DNA of 64,000 nucleotides from Patescibacteria group bacterium (GTDB lineage Bacteria; Patescibacteriota; Doudnabacteria; UBA920): NCBI GenBank assembly GCA_013387205.1, contig WARV01000002.1, positions 3,341 to 67,340 of the forward strand, read 5' to 3'. Shown piece by piece: positions 52,016 to 62,700 of this stretch (position 1 is its first letter; each line of letters starts with the position of its first letter). The notes under the pieces were generated by a model. It saw only the letters and a program-made list of their open reading frames with translations, ran no database searches and was not told where the DNA came from. The position numbers and the translations under genes were made by a program.

Positions 52016-52648
52016 ATGTCTACCAAGAACACGTCTACCGTTCCCGAAGTTCAGCTCGCAACCGGCGAGCAGATTGAACACATTATGGATATGTGGCGCC
52101 GCCGCCTCAGGGCTCGCAAGTTGACCCTCGACGAAGGTAATCACATCATCCGCAATGGCGGCCAGTATCTTCCTGCTATGGACAAGGCCGCCGATGTCTT
52201 CGTGGATCAGGTTCGTAGCGATATGCAGAACACCATCGTGCGGATGGTTCGCAACATCCGGCGCAACCGCACCCCCGAGCAGGTCATCAACGACACCGGC
52301 CGCAATAAGTATGTCACGGATTCCGTAGTCGCCACGATGCCGGTTGGTCAGGGACCGGAGGAGGCTGAGCTTGTATACTTCCGTCTCGGTCGCTATGTGT
52401 ATGCGGACGAACTCGAGAAGGAATACGAACTCCGAGGCCTCAAACCCGACCCGCAAGCGCAAGCTGCCGACAACGAAGCCGACCCGAGCTTTGCCGACGA
52501 GCACCCCAACGGATGCTATTGGAACCGTGAGGGAAAGATGCACAGCTATATCGCCTTCCGCAGGTGGGGCGACGGGCGCGGCGTGAATTGCTACCGCCGC
52601 GGCGACAGCTGGGGTGGCCTCTGCTGGTTCGCTGGCGTCCGCAAGTAG
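52016..52648 (+). CDS. DGR variable (target) protein with C-terminal CLec-type variable region (track ORF 51974..52648; the ATG at 52016 with a strong SD is more likely)
   Basis: 3' end carries a VR that matches the TR 450 bp downstream except at TR adenines; C-terminus ...GLCWFAGVRK typical of DGR CLec-fold targets. Confidence 0.8.
   Translation: MSTKNTSTVPEVQLATGEQIEHIMDMWRRRLRARKLTLDEGNHIIRNGGQYLPAMDKAADVFVDQVRSDMQNTIVRMVRNIRRNRTPEQVINDTGRNKYVTDSVVATMPVGQGPEEAELVYFRLGRYVYADELEKEYELRGLKPDPQAQAADNEADPSFADEHPNGCYWNREGKMHSYIAFRRWGDGRGVNCYRRGDSWGGLCWFAGVRK
52552..52645 (+). repeat. DGR variable repeat (VR)
   Basis: ~94-nt match to the TR with 16 mismatches, all TR-A to VR-non-A, plus one boundary mismatch. 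Confidence 0.85.
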
Positions 52649-52710
52649 TTCTTGGAAACTTGCGACCTTGGCTCTGTTGGATTTTGGACTCTTGGTCGCT
52701 CATAATATGG

Positions 52711-52750
52711 AAGCCCCTGAACGTTGTTTGTTCAGGGGCTTCTTCTTTTT
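52711..52750 (+). terminator. Hairpin + T-run downstream of the VR (terminator; may also be the DGR homing hairpin)
   Basis: gaagcccctgaac gttgtttg ttcaggggcttc TTCTTTTT. Confidence 0.65.
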
Positions 52751-52997
52751 GGCGAAGAATTTTGTTATAATACCACCAGATAAATTTGAAAACATCTGCG
52801 GATACGTCTTCAGGTTGTTTATCTCGCAACGCTTGGGATCAGTGTGCCGTCGGCTACGGTTTGCGGCAGAGTATTACCAAGTGTGAAGTTTCCAAAGAAA
52901 CTTGGTGCAGTTTGCTGGCCGGGCTTCATTCCCGCAAATAAAATACAGTCCCGAGAGTATTCGAGGGACAGTGTAATAGATGGTAGATTGCACATTA

Positions 52998-53091
52998 CGC
53001 CTTCCACAGGTGGGACGACAAGCGCAACGTGAATTGCAACCGCAACGACGACAACTGGGATGACAACTACTGGTTCGCTGGCGTCCGCAAC
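52998..53091 (+). repeat. DGR template repeat (TR), AAC-codon rich
   Basis: Reads W D D K R N V N C N R N D D N W D D N Y W F A G V R N in the VR frame; see VR. Confidence 0.85.
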
Positions 53092-53113
53092 TTTCTTTGA
53101 GTTTACTCCTCCC

Positions 53114-53509
53114 TTAACGGGGAGGAGTTTCTTTTACCAGCTGTTTTTGCCAGCCGCCGAGCATTTTGCCTACTTCTGTCAGCGGTTGAGCCAGTGCTGC
53201 CATCTGCTTGCTATTAATGGCTTTCAAATCAAAAGCCATTTGTAGGAAGTATTTGAGTAAATCTAAAATCAAACTCGCTTTGTTTATCACTTCAAGTTTT
53301 TTGTCCTTGTTGGAATAACCGGCAACTAAAATTAGTTCAACCAGTTGGATAAAAAGACTATTGATTTTTTCACCGAGTGAATGCTTTAGTAACTTGGGTG
53401 TATGAGGCAGGTATTGATACCACAGTTTGAATGCGGCTGAAATTTTTTGGACAATCGGTAAGTCCGTGGTGGTAGTAAAATTTCCGTTGGGGGGGGTGTT
53501 AAATGACAT
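53114..53509 (-). CDS. avd: Avd-like DGR accessory protein (four-helix-bundle family), transcribed divergently from the RT (track ORF extends to 53554; Met-16 is a more likely start)
   Basis: ~130 aa; helical LG..I..L....E pattern of the TIGR02436/Avd family; lies between the TR and the RT. Confidence 0.55.
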   Translation of the reverse strand: MSFNTPPNGNFTTTTDLPIVQKISAAFKLWYQYLPHTPKLLKHSLGEKINSLFIQLVELILVAGYSNKDKKLEVINKASLILDLLKYFLQMAFDLKAINSKQMAALAQPLTEVGKMLGGWQKQLVKETPPR

Positions 53510-53530
53510 AAATGAGCAAAAATAATAAAA

Positions 53531-54283
53531 ATGACAAAAATGAGAAAGCAACACAGAAAGCTATATCCGTTCTTTGAAAAAGTTTTTATTGCCGATTCCT
53601 ATTCCTGCCAGATTGGTAAGGGGACGCATAGAGCCATAATCCGCTTTAACAAATTTTACCGGCAGGCCAGCAAAAATAACCGCCACACGGTTTGGGTGCT
53701 GAAGTGCGACATTAGGAAATTTTTTGCCAGCATTGACCATAAAGTTCTACTTGAAATTCTGGCCAGTTATATCTCTGATAAAAATATACTTTGGCTGCTG
53801 GAAAGGGTGATAGAAAGTTTTAACTTTGAAAGAGAAGGTAGGGGTTTGCCGCTGGGCAATCTGACAAGCCAGCTTTTTTGCAACGTGTATATGAACGAGT
53901 TTGACCAATTCGTAAAACACAGGTTAAAAGCCAAATATTATATCCGTTATGCCGATGATTTTGTATTTTTGTCATCTGATAGAAATTCATTGCTGGCGCT
54001 TATTCCGAAAGTTTCAGCGTTTTTGGACGAGCAGCTAAAATTGTCCCTGCATCCAGATAAAATTTTTATCAGGACTATGGCCAGCGGCGTGGACTTTTTG
54101 GGTTGGGTAAATTTTTCTCACCATCGGGTGCTGCGGAACGTAACCAAGCGGCGGATGTTCAAAGGCATAAGGCAGCGGTCGAAGAACGAAACGCTGCAAT
54201 CGTATTTGGGTTTGGTGAGCCATGGTAATACGTTCAAGATAAAACAGGAGGTGTTAAACTTGTATGGGTTACTTGCCGGATAA
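53531..54283 (+). CDS. DGR reverse transcriptase (short, 250 aa; N-terminal motif 0 region apparently absent)
   Basis: RT motifs SYSCQIGKGTHRAI (1/2), LGNLTSQ (DGR-specific [ILV]GxxxSQ in motif 4), YADDFV (motif 5). Confidence 0.85.
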   Translation: MTKMRKQHRKLYPFFEKVFIADSYSCQIGKGTHRAIIRFNKFYRQASKNNRHTVWVLKCDIRKFFASIDHKVLLEILASYISDKNILWLLERVIESFNFEREGRGLPLGNLTSQLFCNVYMNEFDQFVKHRLKAKYYIRYADDFVFLSSDRNSLLALIPKVSAFLDEQLKLSLHPDKIFIRTMASGVDFLGWVNFSHHRVLRNVTKRRMFKGIRQRSKNETLQSYLGLVSHGNTFKIKQEVLNLYGLLAG

Positions 54284-55520
54284 ATAATTTGTTCATTATT
54301 TCCAATTCATCCAAAAGCAGGCGGGGGATGAGGAATTTTTTTTGCACGGTTTGGTGGGCGAGCTTGCCCATCTTTTTTTGTAATTGCTTATCATGCAGCA
54401 AGAGCAAGGCTTTTTCTGCGGCTTCTTTCGGGGTTTTAATTATAAACCCGTTTTTTCCATTGGTAATTTGCAGCCTAATACCTTCCGCATTACCGCCAAT
54501 GACTGCTTTTTGTTTCCACATGGCTTCGGTAACCACCAGGCCAAAGCCTTCCCTTATGGATTTTTGGAAAATAACATCAGCGCAGGTTCTTAAAGCGTTG
54601 ACTGCTAAATCCATGGAATATCCTTTCAAATCTTTTGGGCTGGCCAGTAAAATGATATTTTTGTCATTGCCAACTTTTTCTAAAACGCTTTGGAAGATTT
54701 GCGCGGCTTCCGGATCGTCTTGGGCCTCGATTACTCCGCAAAGCACAAGCTGGGCTTTGGAATAGGTTTCCTTGATAACGCGAAATGCATCAATTACCCC
54801 GCCCGGATCTTTCCACGGGTCAAACCTGGATACCTGAAGCAGGACAGGCTTATTTATATCTATACCAAAATCCGAGCAGATTTTTTTTGCCCTGGCAATG
54901 TCTAAATTTCGGTTTTTGTCTGTTAGCGGATCAATGCCCGGCGGGCTGACGAAGATTTTAGTTTTAAATTTTTTTGGCGCGTACTTTTTGGAAGTAAAAA
55001 CCATTTCCTGGTAATTATTTAAAGATTTCAATAATAGTTGCTGCGAATCTTTGTTTGGCGTGGAAAGGTCAATGTGGATGCGGGCAATGGCTTTTATCCC
55101 GGAAAGGTAATTCATAATTGCCAAAGGCTGGGGGTCGTGTACGATTAAAATATCCGGCTTTAGCTTGGCGATTGCTTTGGCAATTTTAAAATTAATCTTT
55201 AAATAGTAATCCTTTTCCGCTTTGGAAAGGCTTACCCTTTGGCCTTGCAGGGAGTTATGCAATTTTTTGGTTATCTGGAATAAGTGTTTATCAGGCTCAA
55301 GGTGATACCATTTGGCATTCAAGTTCAAACCCTGCTCAAGCGGTACCAGGCTTTTTAATATTTCTACGACCCCGCCGCCTAGGGGGGTGGCGTTTATGTG
55401 AATGATTTTTTTACCTTGCAAATTTTTCGCAAGAAGCGATATCTTTTTCCAATCTTTGGCAGTGACGAATCGTTTGTAAGGCTGCAAGTTTTTTTTACCA
55501 ACCGTTTTTTCTTTTATCAT
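54234..55520 (-). CDS. Trehalose synthase TreT-like glycosyltransferase (GT4)
   Basis: N-terminus ...IIHINATPLGGGVVEILKSLVPLEQGLNLNAKWYHLE...FFQITKKLHNSLQG closely resembles archaeal/bacterial TreT. Confidence 0.65.
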   Translation of the reverse strand: MIKEKTVGKKNLQPYKRFVTAKDWKKISLLAKNLQGKKIIHINATPLGGGVVEILKSLVPLEQGLNLNAKWYHLEPDKHLFQITKKLHNSLQGQRVSLSKAEKDYYLKINFKIAKAIAKLKPDILIVHDPQPLAIMNYLSGIKAIARIHIDLSTPNKDSQQLLLKSLNNYQEMVFTSKKYAPKKFKTKIFVSPPGIDPLTDKNRNLDIARAKKICSDFGIDINKPVLLQVSRFDPWKDPGGVIDAFRVIKETYSKAQLVLCGVIEAQDDPEAAQIFQSVLEKVGNDKNIILLASPKDLKGYSMDLAVNALRTCADVIFQKSIREGFGLVVTEAMWKQKAVIGGNAEGIRLQITNGKNGFIIKTPKEAAEKALLLLHDKQLQKKMGKLAHQTVQKKFLIPRLLLDELEIMNKLFIRQVTHTSLTPPVLS

Positions 55521-55563
55521 TGGGGTTTGTGTTATACTTAAATTAAACTAATATAATAGACGT

Positions 55564-56697
55564 ATGAACCGCATAATTATAAGGAATAAAGTAATCAAGT
55601 TTTTTTACCAGAATCTTTTAAAACCCGTGTATTTTTTGATGGATCCGGAATTGGTGCACGACCGCATGTTAGCTTTCGGGCGGTTTTTGGGCAGAACTTC
55701 CATGTTAAGGAGCCTGGTTTCTGCTTTTTTTGGATACAGTAATCCGCAATTAGAGCAGGAAATTTTAGGGATAAAGTTTAAAAATCCTGTCGGTTTGGCT
55801 GCCGGGTTTGACAAGAACGCCATGCTGGTTGATATATTACCCTCGGTCGGTTTTGGCTTTATGGAAGTCGGCTCTATAACCGGCGAGCCTTGCCAGGGCA
55901 ATCCCAAACCTCGTTTGTGGCGGCTTAAGCAATCTAAGTCATTAGTGGTATATTACGGTTTAAGCAATTATGGGTCAGAAGCGATTTCGGCAAAACTTGC
56001 TGGCAAGACATTCGACATTCCTTTGGGTACAAACGTAGCTAAAACTAATATTAAAGCCACAGATGACATTGCGGTTGGCGTGGCGGATTATGCAAAGGCT
56101 TTTAAAAAGCTCGCCGTAATTGGCGATTATTTCACGGTCAACATCAGCTGTCCCAATACTTCTGGCGGGGAGCCGTTTTTGGAAGCGGAAAACTTGGAAA
56201 AATTATTTGTTGAACTGGATAAAATTGAAACAAAAAAGCCTGTTTTTGTAAAACTTTCTCCGGATATCAGCGACATTGAACTGGACGGAATTATTCAGGT
56301 ATGCAAAAACCATCGCGTGCACGGATTTATCTGTTCTAATTTGACCAAGCGGCGCGATAATTCAAAAATTTTAGATCGGGCCGTGCCGCCCAAAGGGGGG
56401 TTTGGCGGAAAAATCGTTGAAGAGCTTGCTAACCAGCTTGTTAAAAAAGTTTACCAGAAATCCGAAGGCCGGTTTGTGATTATCGGCTGCGGCGGGGTGT
56501 TTACTGCCGAAGATGCGTATAAAAAAATCAAGCTAGGGGCTAATTTAATTCAGCTCATCACCGGCATGATCTACGGCGGCCCCCAAACAATCAGTGAAAT
56601 TAACCAAGGATTGGTTGAGCTATTAAAGAAAGATGGGTATAAAAGCATTCCCGAGGCTGTAGGGGTTGAAAATCGGGTGCTTCAAAAAGTGGCTTAA
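55564..56697 (+). CDS. pyrD: Dihydroorotate dehydrogenase (quinone), class 2
   Basis: N-terminal membrane-association extension; GFGFMEVGSITGEPCQGNPKPRLWRL; C-terminal IGCGGV...GANLIQL. Confidence 0.85.
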   Translation: MNRIIIRNKVIKFFYQNLLKPVYFLMDPELVHDRMLAFGRFLGRTSMLRSLVSAFFGYSNPQLEQEILGIKFKNPVGLAAGFDKNAMLVDILPSVGFGFMEVGSITGEPCQGNPKPRLWRLKQSKSLVVYYGLSNYGSEAISAKLAGKTFDIPLGTNVAKTNIKATDDIAVGVADYAKAFKKLAVIGDYFTVNISCPNTSGGEPFLEAENLEKLFVELDKIETKKPVFVKLSPDISDIELDGIIQVCKNHRVHGFICSNLTKRRDNSKILDRAVPPKGGFGGKIVEELANQLVKKVYQKSEGRFVIIGCGGVFTAEDAYKKIKLGANLIQLITGMIYGGPQTISEINQGLVELLKKDGYKSIPEAVGVENRVLQKVA

Positions 56698-56708
56698 ATA
56701 AGGCAAAA

Positions 56709-56738
56709 CGAATGGCTCAACCGCCGGTTGAGCCATTC
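56709..56738. repeat. Family-B REP-like hairpin at the 3' end of pyrD
   Basis: gaatggctcaacc gcc ggttgagccattc. Confidence 0.7.
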
Positions 56739-56775
56739 ATGGTATAATAAAAGCGGTTAGAAATAAAAACTAAAT

Positions 56776-59700
56776 TTGAAAATATCTATGAATGTTTTAG
56801 CATTTTGTAAGAAGTTAACAGCCGTATTGTTAGCTTTTTTGTTTTTTATATCTTCTATTAGGACAGTTTTGGCAGATAACTCTATAACAGTGGAGTCGTC
56901 TTCATCTGTTAAGTCTTCTGATATAGTAACGGTACCTTTAGTTCAAAACGAAAATGCCTTGTCTATTAATACTGCTCCTGCCGTCTCAGATGATGCGTCA
57001 AGTATGGTGAATCCGCAGCTAACTGATGGAAAGGCCGCTAAAGATAATGGAACTGGCGCTATTGCCACAAACGCTCTTACATTTACACCGACTAACACCA
57101 CTTATCCGGTTGGATTTGACCCTTTTGTCCGCAAAGATGTCAGTCTTGCTACCATCCCTGAATCTCAACAAGGCGCATTAAATTACAACTACCCGATTGC
57201 TGTTCCACCAGGAAGGAATAATTTGCAGCCTAATCTCCAGTTAAACTATAACAGTAGCCTTGGCAAACTCGGGGCTGAGTTTGGCTATGGGTGGAATATT
57301 AATATTCCCTATATTGGTCGTGTCAACCGGAATGGTTCGGATAATCTGTATGCCACAAGCACAATCAATTATTTTTATTCGACCATATCAGGGGAGATGG
57401 TAGCTACAGCTACCAGTACTGCCACCAGCACGTACGTAGGCAGAGTCGAGAATGGCAGTTTTATTAAGTATACTTTTAAGGATAATGTGTGGATTGGAAC
57501 TGACAAACAAGGTGTGCAGTATAAGTATGGCTTAACAAGCGGAAGTAGAAACGATGATCCGAATAGCTCTAGTAAAGTATACAAATGGATGCTGGAAGAA
57601 GTCCGTGACCCGAATGATAACTACATCAAATATCAATACTATAAAGATGTTGGGCAAATCTACCCTTTAACTATTACATACACTGGTAATGGAGTCGCCG
57701 ATGGGATTTTCCAGGTAAACTTTCTTCGCGAATCACGGCCAGATATAGCAACTTCTACCGAAGCCGGATTTAACATGGTGACCAAATATCGAATAAACGA
57801 AATTAACACCACAGTCAATGCCGTATGGGTCAATAAATACGCAATGAGTTATTCTACTAGCACAGACACCCAAGTATCAGTTTTAACGAGTATTATTCAG
57901 TCTGGCCAGGACGAATCGGGCGTCACCACAACTCTTCCTGCTACAAGTTTTTTGTACCAGACTAGCCAGAAAAGCCTGGGCATAACGACTGCTTGGACAC
58001 TGCCCTCAATTAGTGACTATTGGGGAGCGAGTTTTGTAACTATGGGATCCCTACTGCCAACAGGCATGCAACTGGTTGATGTTAACGGGGATGGATTGCC
58101 TGATTTTGTATATTCCGGTTCTGAATGGGATAATACCTTAAGCAGAAGTGTGTATAAACAAAAGATCGCTATCAATAATGGCCACGGCTGGACAGTAGAT
58201 CCATCGTGGGTGCTTCCTTCCTTAAGTTCTGAAGTCGAGGCTAGCTTCATATGGCAAAATGGTAAAGACACTGGCATGCGACTCATTGACGTCAACGGTG
58301 ATGGGTTAGTTGATTTCGTGTATTCAGGTTATGAGTGGGATGGCGTTTTGGGCTATACAACGTATAAACAGAAAATCGCTATTAATAACGGCTCTGGTTG
58401 GACGATTGATCCAACCTGGATACTTCCCTCACTAAGTAATTATTGGGGCGCTAGCTTTGTACAAATAGGTACGCAAAGAGCCACCGGGATGCAATTGGTA
58501 GACGTCAACGGTGATGGTTTGCCAGATTTTGTCTACTCTGGCTACGAATGGGATTATTCAGAGAGCAGAACGGTCTTTAAACAAAAAATAGCTATAAATA
58601 ACGGGCATGGGTGGACAGTTGACCCTTCTTGGGTGCTGCCGTCTTTAAGCTACGATGTCGGCGCTAGTTTTTATAGGATGAATGGGCAGGACAGCGGAAT
58701 GAGATTGGTCGATGTAAACGGTGACGGGTTGGTAGACTTTGTTTTTTCTGGAGTTGATTGGATCCCTGACAATAATGTAAGCGGGTATGTGCAAAAAGTG
58801 GCCATTAATAATGGCCACGGCTGGACCGTGGATCCTTCTTGGGTTTTACCTTCGTTAAGTACAGAATGGGGAGCAAGTTTCGTTAAATCTGGCAGTCTCC
58901 AGCCTACTGGAGTAGAGCTTTCAGACATTAACGGAGACAGATTGACTGATTTTGTGTACTCGGGTAGAGAATGGGATTATACTTTAAATTGTGAAGTTTA
59001 TAAGCAAGCTATCGCTATCAATAACGGTCATGGTTGGGTTGTTGACTCTAATTGGGTTCTGCCCCCTTTGAGCTACGATGTCGGATCAAGCTTTGTGAAA
59101 GGAAATGCGGATACAGACACAGGCATGAGGTTCTTAGATATCAATGGTGATGGGTTAACAGATTTTCTGTTTTCGGGGGTTGATTGGGATCCCAATCTAA
59201 GTGCCACAGTATATCGACAAAGTATCTCATTAAACCAAGGCGACACCCCCAATCTCCTTAAGAAAATTACCTACCCACAAGGTGGCGCTGCTATTATTGC
59301 GTATAAAGGAAGCCCTACTTATGTAGATGGTAATAACAATATCCTTAATCCAAAACTCCCTCTTGTATTAGATACCGTATTCAATATTACGACAAACGAT
59401 GGGGTTGCCACCTCCTCCTCTGTTACGTATTCTTACGAGGGTGGTAAATATTACTACGCGAATCCATATGATCGCAAGCCTGCAGGTTTTGCCTTAATTA
59501 AACAGACCGACTTGGCTGGTAATCTCACAAAGGCTTACTACCATCAGGGTGATAGTATAAATAGTGCTCAAGGGGAATATGCTGACAGTATGCACAAAAT
59601 TGGCAAAATTTATAGGACAGAATTGTATGATAGCGCGGGTGGTCTATATCAAAAGGTAATTAACAAGTGGGATAGTTCCGATTTGGGAAATGGTGCAAAA

Positions 59701-62700
59701 TTCGTAAGGTTAGCGCAGTCAATTCGTTCTGATTATGATGGAAATACGGACCATAAAGACCAGGCCGAAGACTATAAGCATGACGACACTACCGGCAACT
59801 TAATTCAGAAGGTTGAGTGGGGGGAAGTCGTGGGTAGTGATAATGGCACGTTCAGTGACACCGGCAGCGATAAATTTACTACTGACATCACTTACGCTTC
59901 TAGCACATCAAGCAGTATAATTAGTGCCATTGATGACATTACCGTAATAGACCAAAACAATAACAAAGTAAAAGAAACAAAGTATTACTATGACTCCTTG
60001 TCTTTTGGTAATGTTGATAAAGGTAATCAAACAAAAGAAGAAGACTGGAAGAGTGGTTCAACTTATATTAACAGCCAAAAAACATATAACTCTTATGGTT
60101 TGGTAATGACAATAACCGATCCTCGCAGCAAACAGACGGATTATTCCTATGATACTTATAATCTCTATCCAACTACGGTTACTAATCCGTTAAGTCAGCA
60201 AATCCAATACCAATACGATTACTCTTCAGGCAAGGTCAAGCAGGTAACTGATCCAAATAACCTAATCTTCCAGACGGTATATGACGGCTTAGATCGGATA
60301 AGAGAAGAAAAACAACCAGACCTTACTTCAACCTCGACTTTAGTAACTAAGCTAACGATTTCATACACGGACACGGCCAACGCGGTCAGTACCCATACGA
60401 CAGATTACTTAGATTCAGCTACTACTGTTGATAGTTACACGTACTTTGATGGACTAAATCGTAAAATCCAGGAGCGAAAGGAAGCAGAAGACGCTAACAC
60501 CTTTACAGTCAAGGATTATATTTATAACAATATTGGGCTGCTGCAAAAAGAATCGTTGCCTTACTTTAGTTCTGGCAGTTTTAAAACTTCTCCTACTATA
60601 AACAGCAACCTCTATACCACTTACGCTTATGATCCGTTGCAAAGGGTTACTTCTGCCACCAATGCAGTAGGGACAACCAGCAACAGCTATAATAACTGGA
60701 AGGTGACTACTACTGACCCGAGGGGTAAAACTAAAGACTTGTATAAGGATGCTTATGATAACCTAATTAGGGTTGATGAACATAATTCCACCAGTACTTA
60801 TAGCACTTATTACACCTATGATTATTTAAAGGGTTTAACTGGCATTACTGACGCCTTAGGGAATGTGAGGAATTTTACTTATGACGGCTTAGGCAGGCGC
60901 CTAACTGCCCAAGATCTGCATGCGTCAGGAGATACAAGTTATGGCAGTTGGTCTTACGCCTACGATGATTCCGGCAACTTAACGCAAAAGATTGACCCAA
61001 AGAACCAAATTATAAATTATACCTACGATGATATTAACAGGCCGCTTACCGAAGACTATACGGGTCAAGTTGGCACTGAAGTCAGTTATAGTTACGATGC
61101 CTGCTCTTATGGTGTTGGTCATCTTTGCGTCGCAACCAGTACGGATGCGGTAATTGTCGACCAATATAATCCCATAGGCAAAGTTAGTAGTGAAACCAAG
61201 GTCATAAATGGCGTAAACTACACCACGGCTTACACCTACGACAGACAAAATAATACAATTAATATTACCAATCCTGACAACTCGCAAATAAAATATGATT
61301 ACAATACCGCAGGATTGCTTGATAAGGTATCTCGTAAGGAAAGCACGGATGGTAGCTTTAGCGAAGTAGTCAGCAACTTTGACTATTCGCCAACTGAACA
61401 AGTCGCCACCAGTACCTATGCTAATGGTTTAGTTGTAGCCAGTAACTACGATGCAACAAAACTCTATCGGTTGAGCAGCCAGGTTGCCACCACCGCTAGC
61501 AGCACCAGAGTACTTGACTTAGCGTTCACCTACGACAACAACGGCAACACAACTAGAATCGTAGATGGTTCCCAAAACCATAGATCAAAGCAGATTGATT
61601 ACGTTTTCGACGACTTGAATCGTTTAACTTCAGCTTCCTCTTCATTGGCTAGTTTCGGTGGTGACTATCTTAGAACCTTTACTTACGATGCGCTTGGGAA
61701 TATAACTAACCGGTCTGACCAAGGCAGTTATTTGTATGATGGCAACCAAGGCTTAAGCTACGCCAATCCCCATGCAGTGACAAGTATTGGTTCGACGAAT
61801 TATAGTTATGACAATAACGGGAACGTAACTAATGTTTCCGGTGGTTTTACCTACATGTGGGATTACAACAACCGCTTAACCCAAGCTTCCTCTACTCCTA
61901 CACTCGTCACTTATGCTTATGACGCCAATGGCCAGCGGGTCAAATACTCTAACGGTACGACTATTACATATTATCCAGAAAAGACATATAATACTGACGG
62001 CACTACCCCTACTAAGTACATCTATGCCGGAAACGTTCTTCTTGCTACAGTTACAGGAACAGGAGCCTCAAGTACCTTACATACTATTGTCACGGATAAC
62101 CTGACCGGCTCCAATGTGGCCATAAACTCAGCAGGTACCCAAGTTGAGGAATTGCTCGAATACTATCCCTACGGAGATATTAGGCTGGATGAGAAGTCTG
62201 GAGCATTTTCCGAAATGCATAAATTCACGGGACAGGAGTATGACGCAGGGACCGGATTATACTATTACAATGCACGCTATCAAAACCCAACTACAGCAAA
62301 GTTCATTTCGGAAGATCAAGCATTCTTAGCTATAGGAGATCAAGGTCACCTTCAACAAATTACAAACCAAACACAACAACAATATTTAGCTGACCCGCAA
62401 AAATTGAATAGTTATTCTTACGCCAGAAATAATCCGCTCCGATATACTGATCCTACCGGACAAGCTTTTGGTCTTGATGATGCGGCCGGCTTTGTTGTCG
62501 GTGGAGTTATTGGGACAGGTGTTTACCTTATTAGTTCACCATTTACAGGACAGAAAATTACTTGGGGAGGTGTGGGCGGATCGTTTACTTCAGGTGGGAT
62601 TATTGGTGTTGGAGCAGTTAATACTCCCGAAACTCTTGGGGCTTCAGATGCTATTGCCATTGCAGCAGTAGTCGGAGGTATAGGTGCAGGAACTGGGAAT

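Noticed and set aside
53531-54283. RT initially considered a group II intron or retron reverse transcriptase
   Set aside because: Motif 4 is LGNLTSQ (DGR-type) rather than QGxxxSP; there is no maturase/X domain; a TR/VR pair with A-specific mismatches lies alongside.
58020-59230. Seven ~195-bp tandem repeats that could look like a repeat array
   Set aside because: They are in-frame coding repeats (FG-GAP-like blades) of the Rhs/Tc protein, divergent at the DNA level, with no spacer/repeat structure of a CRISPR.
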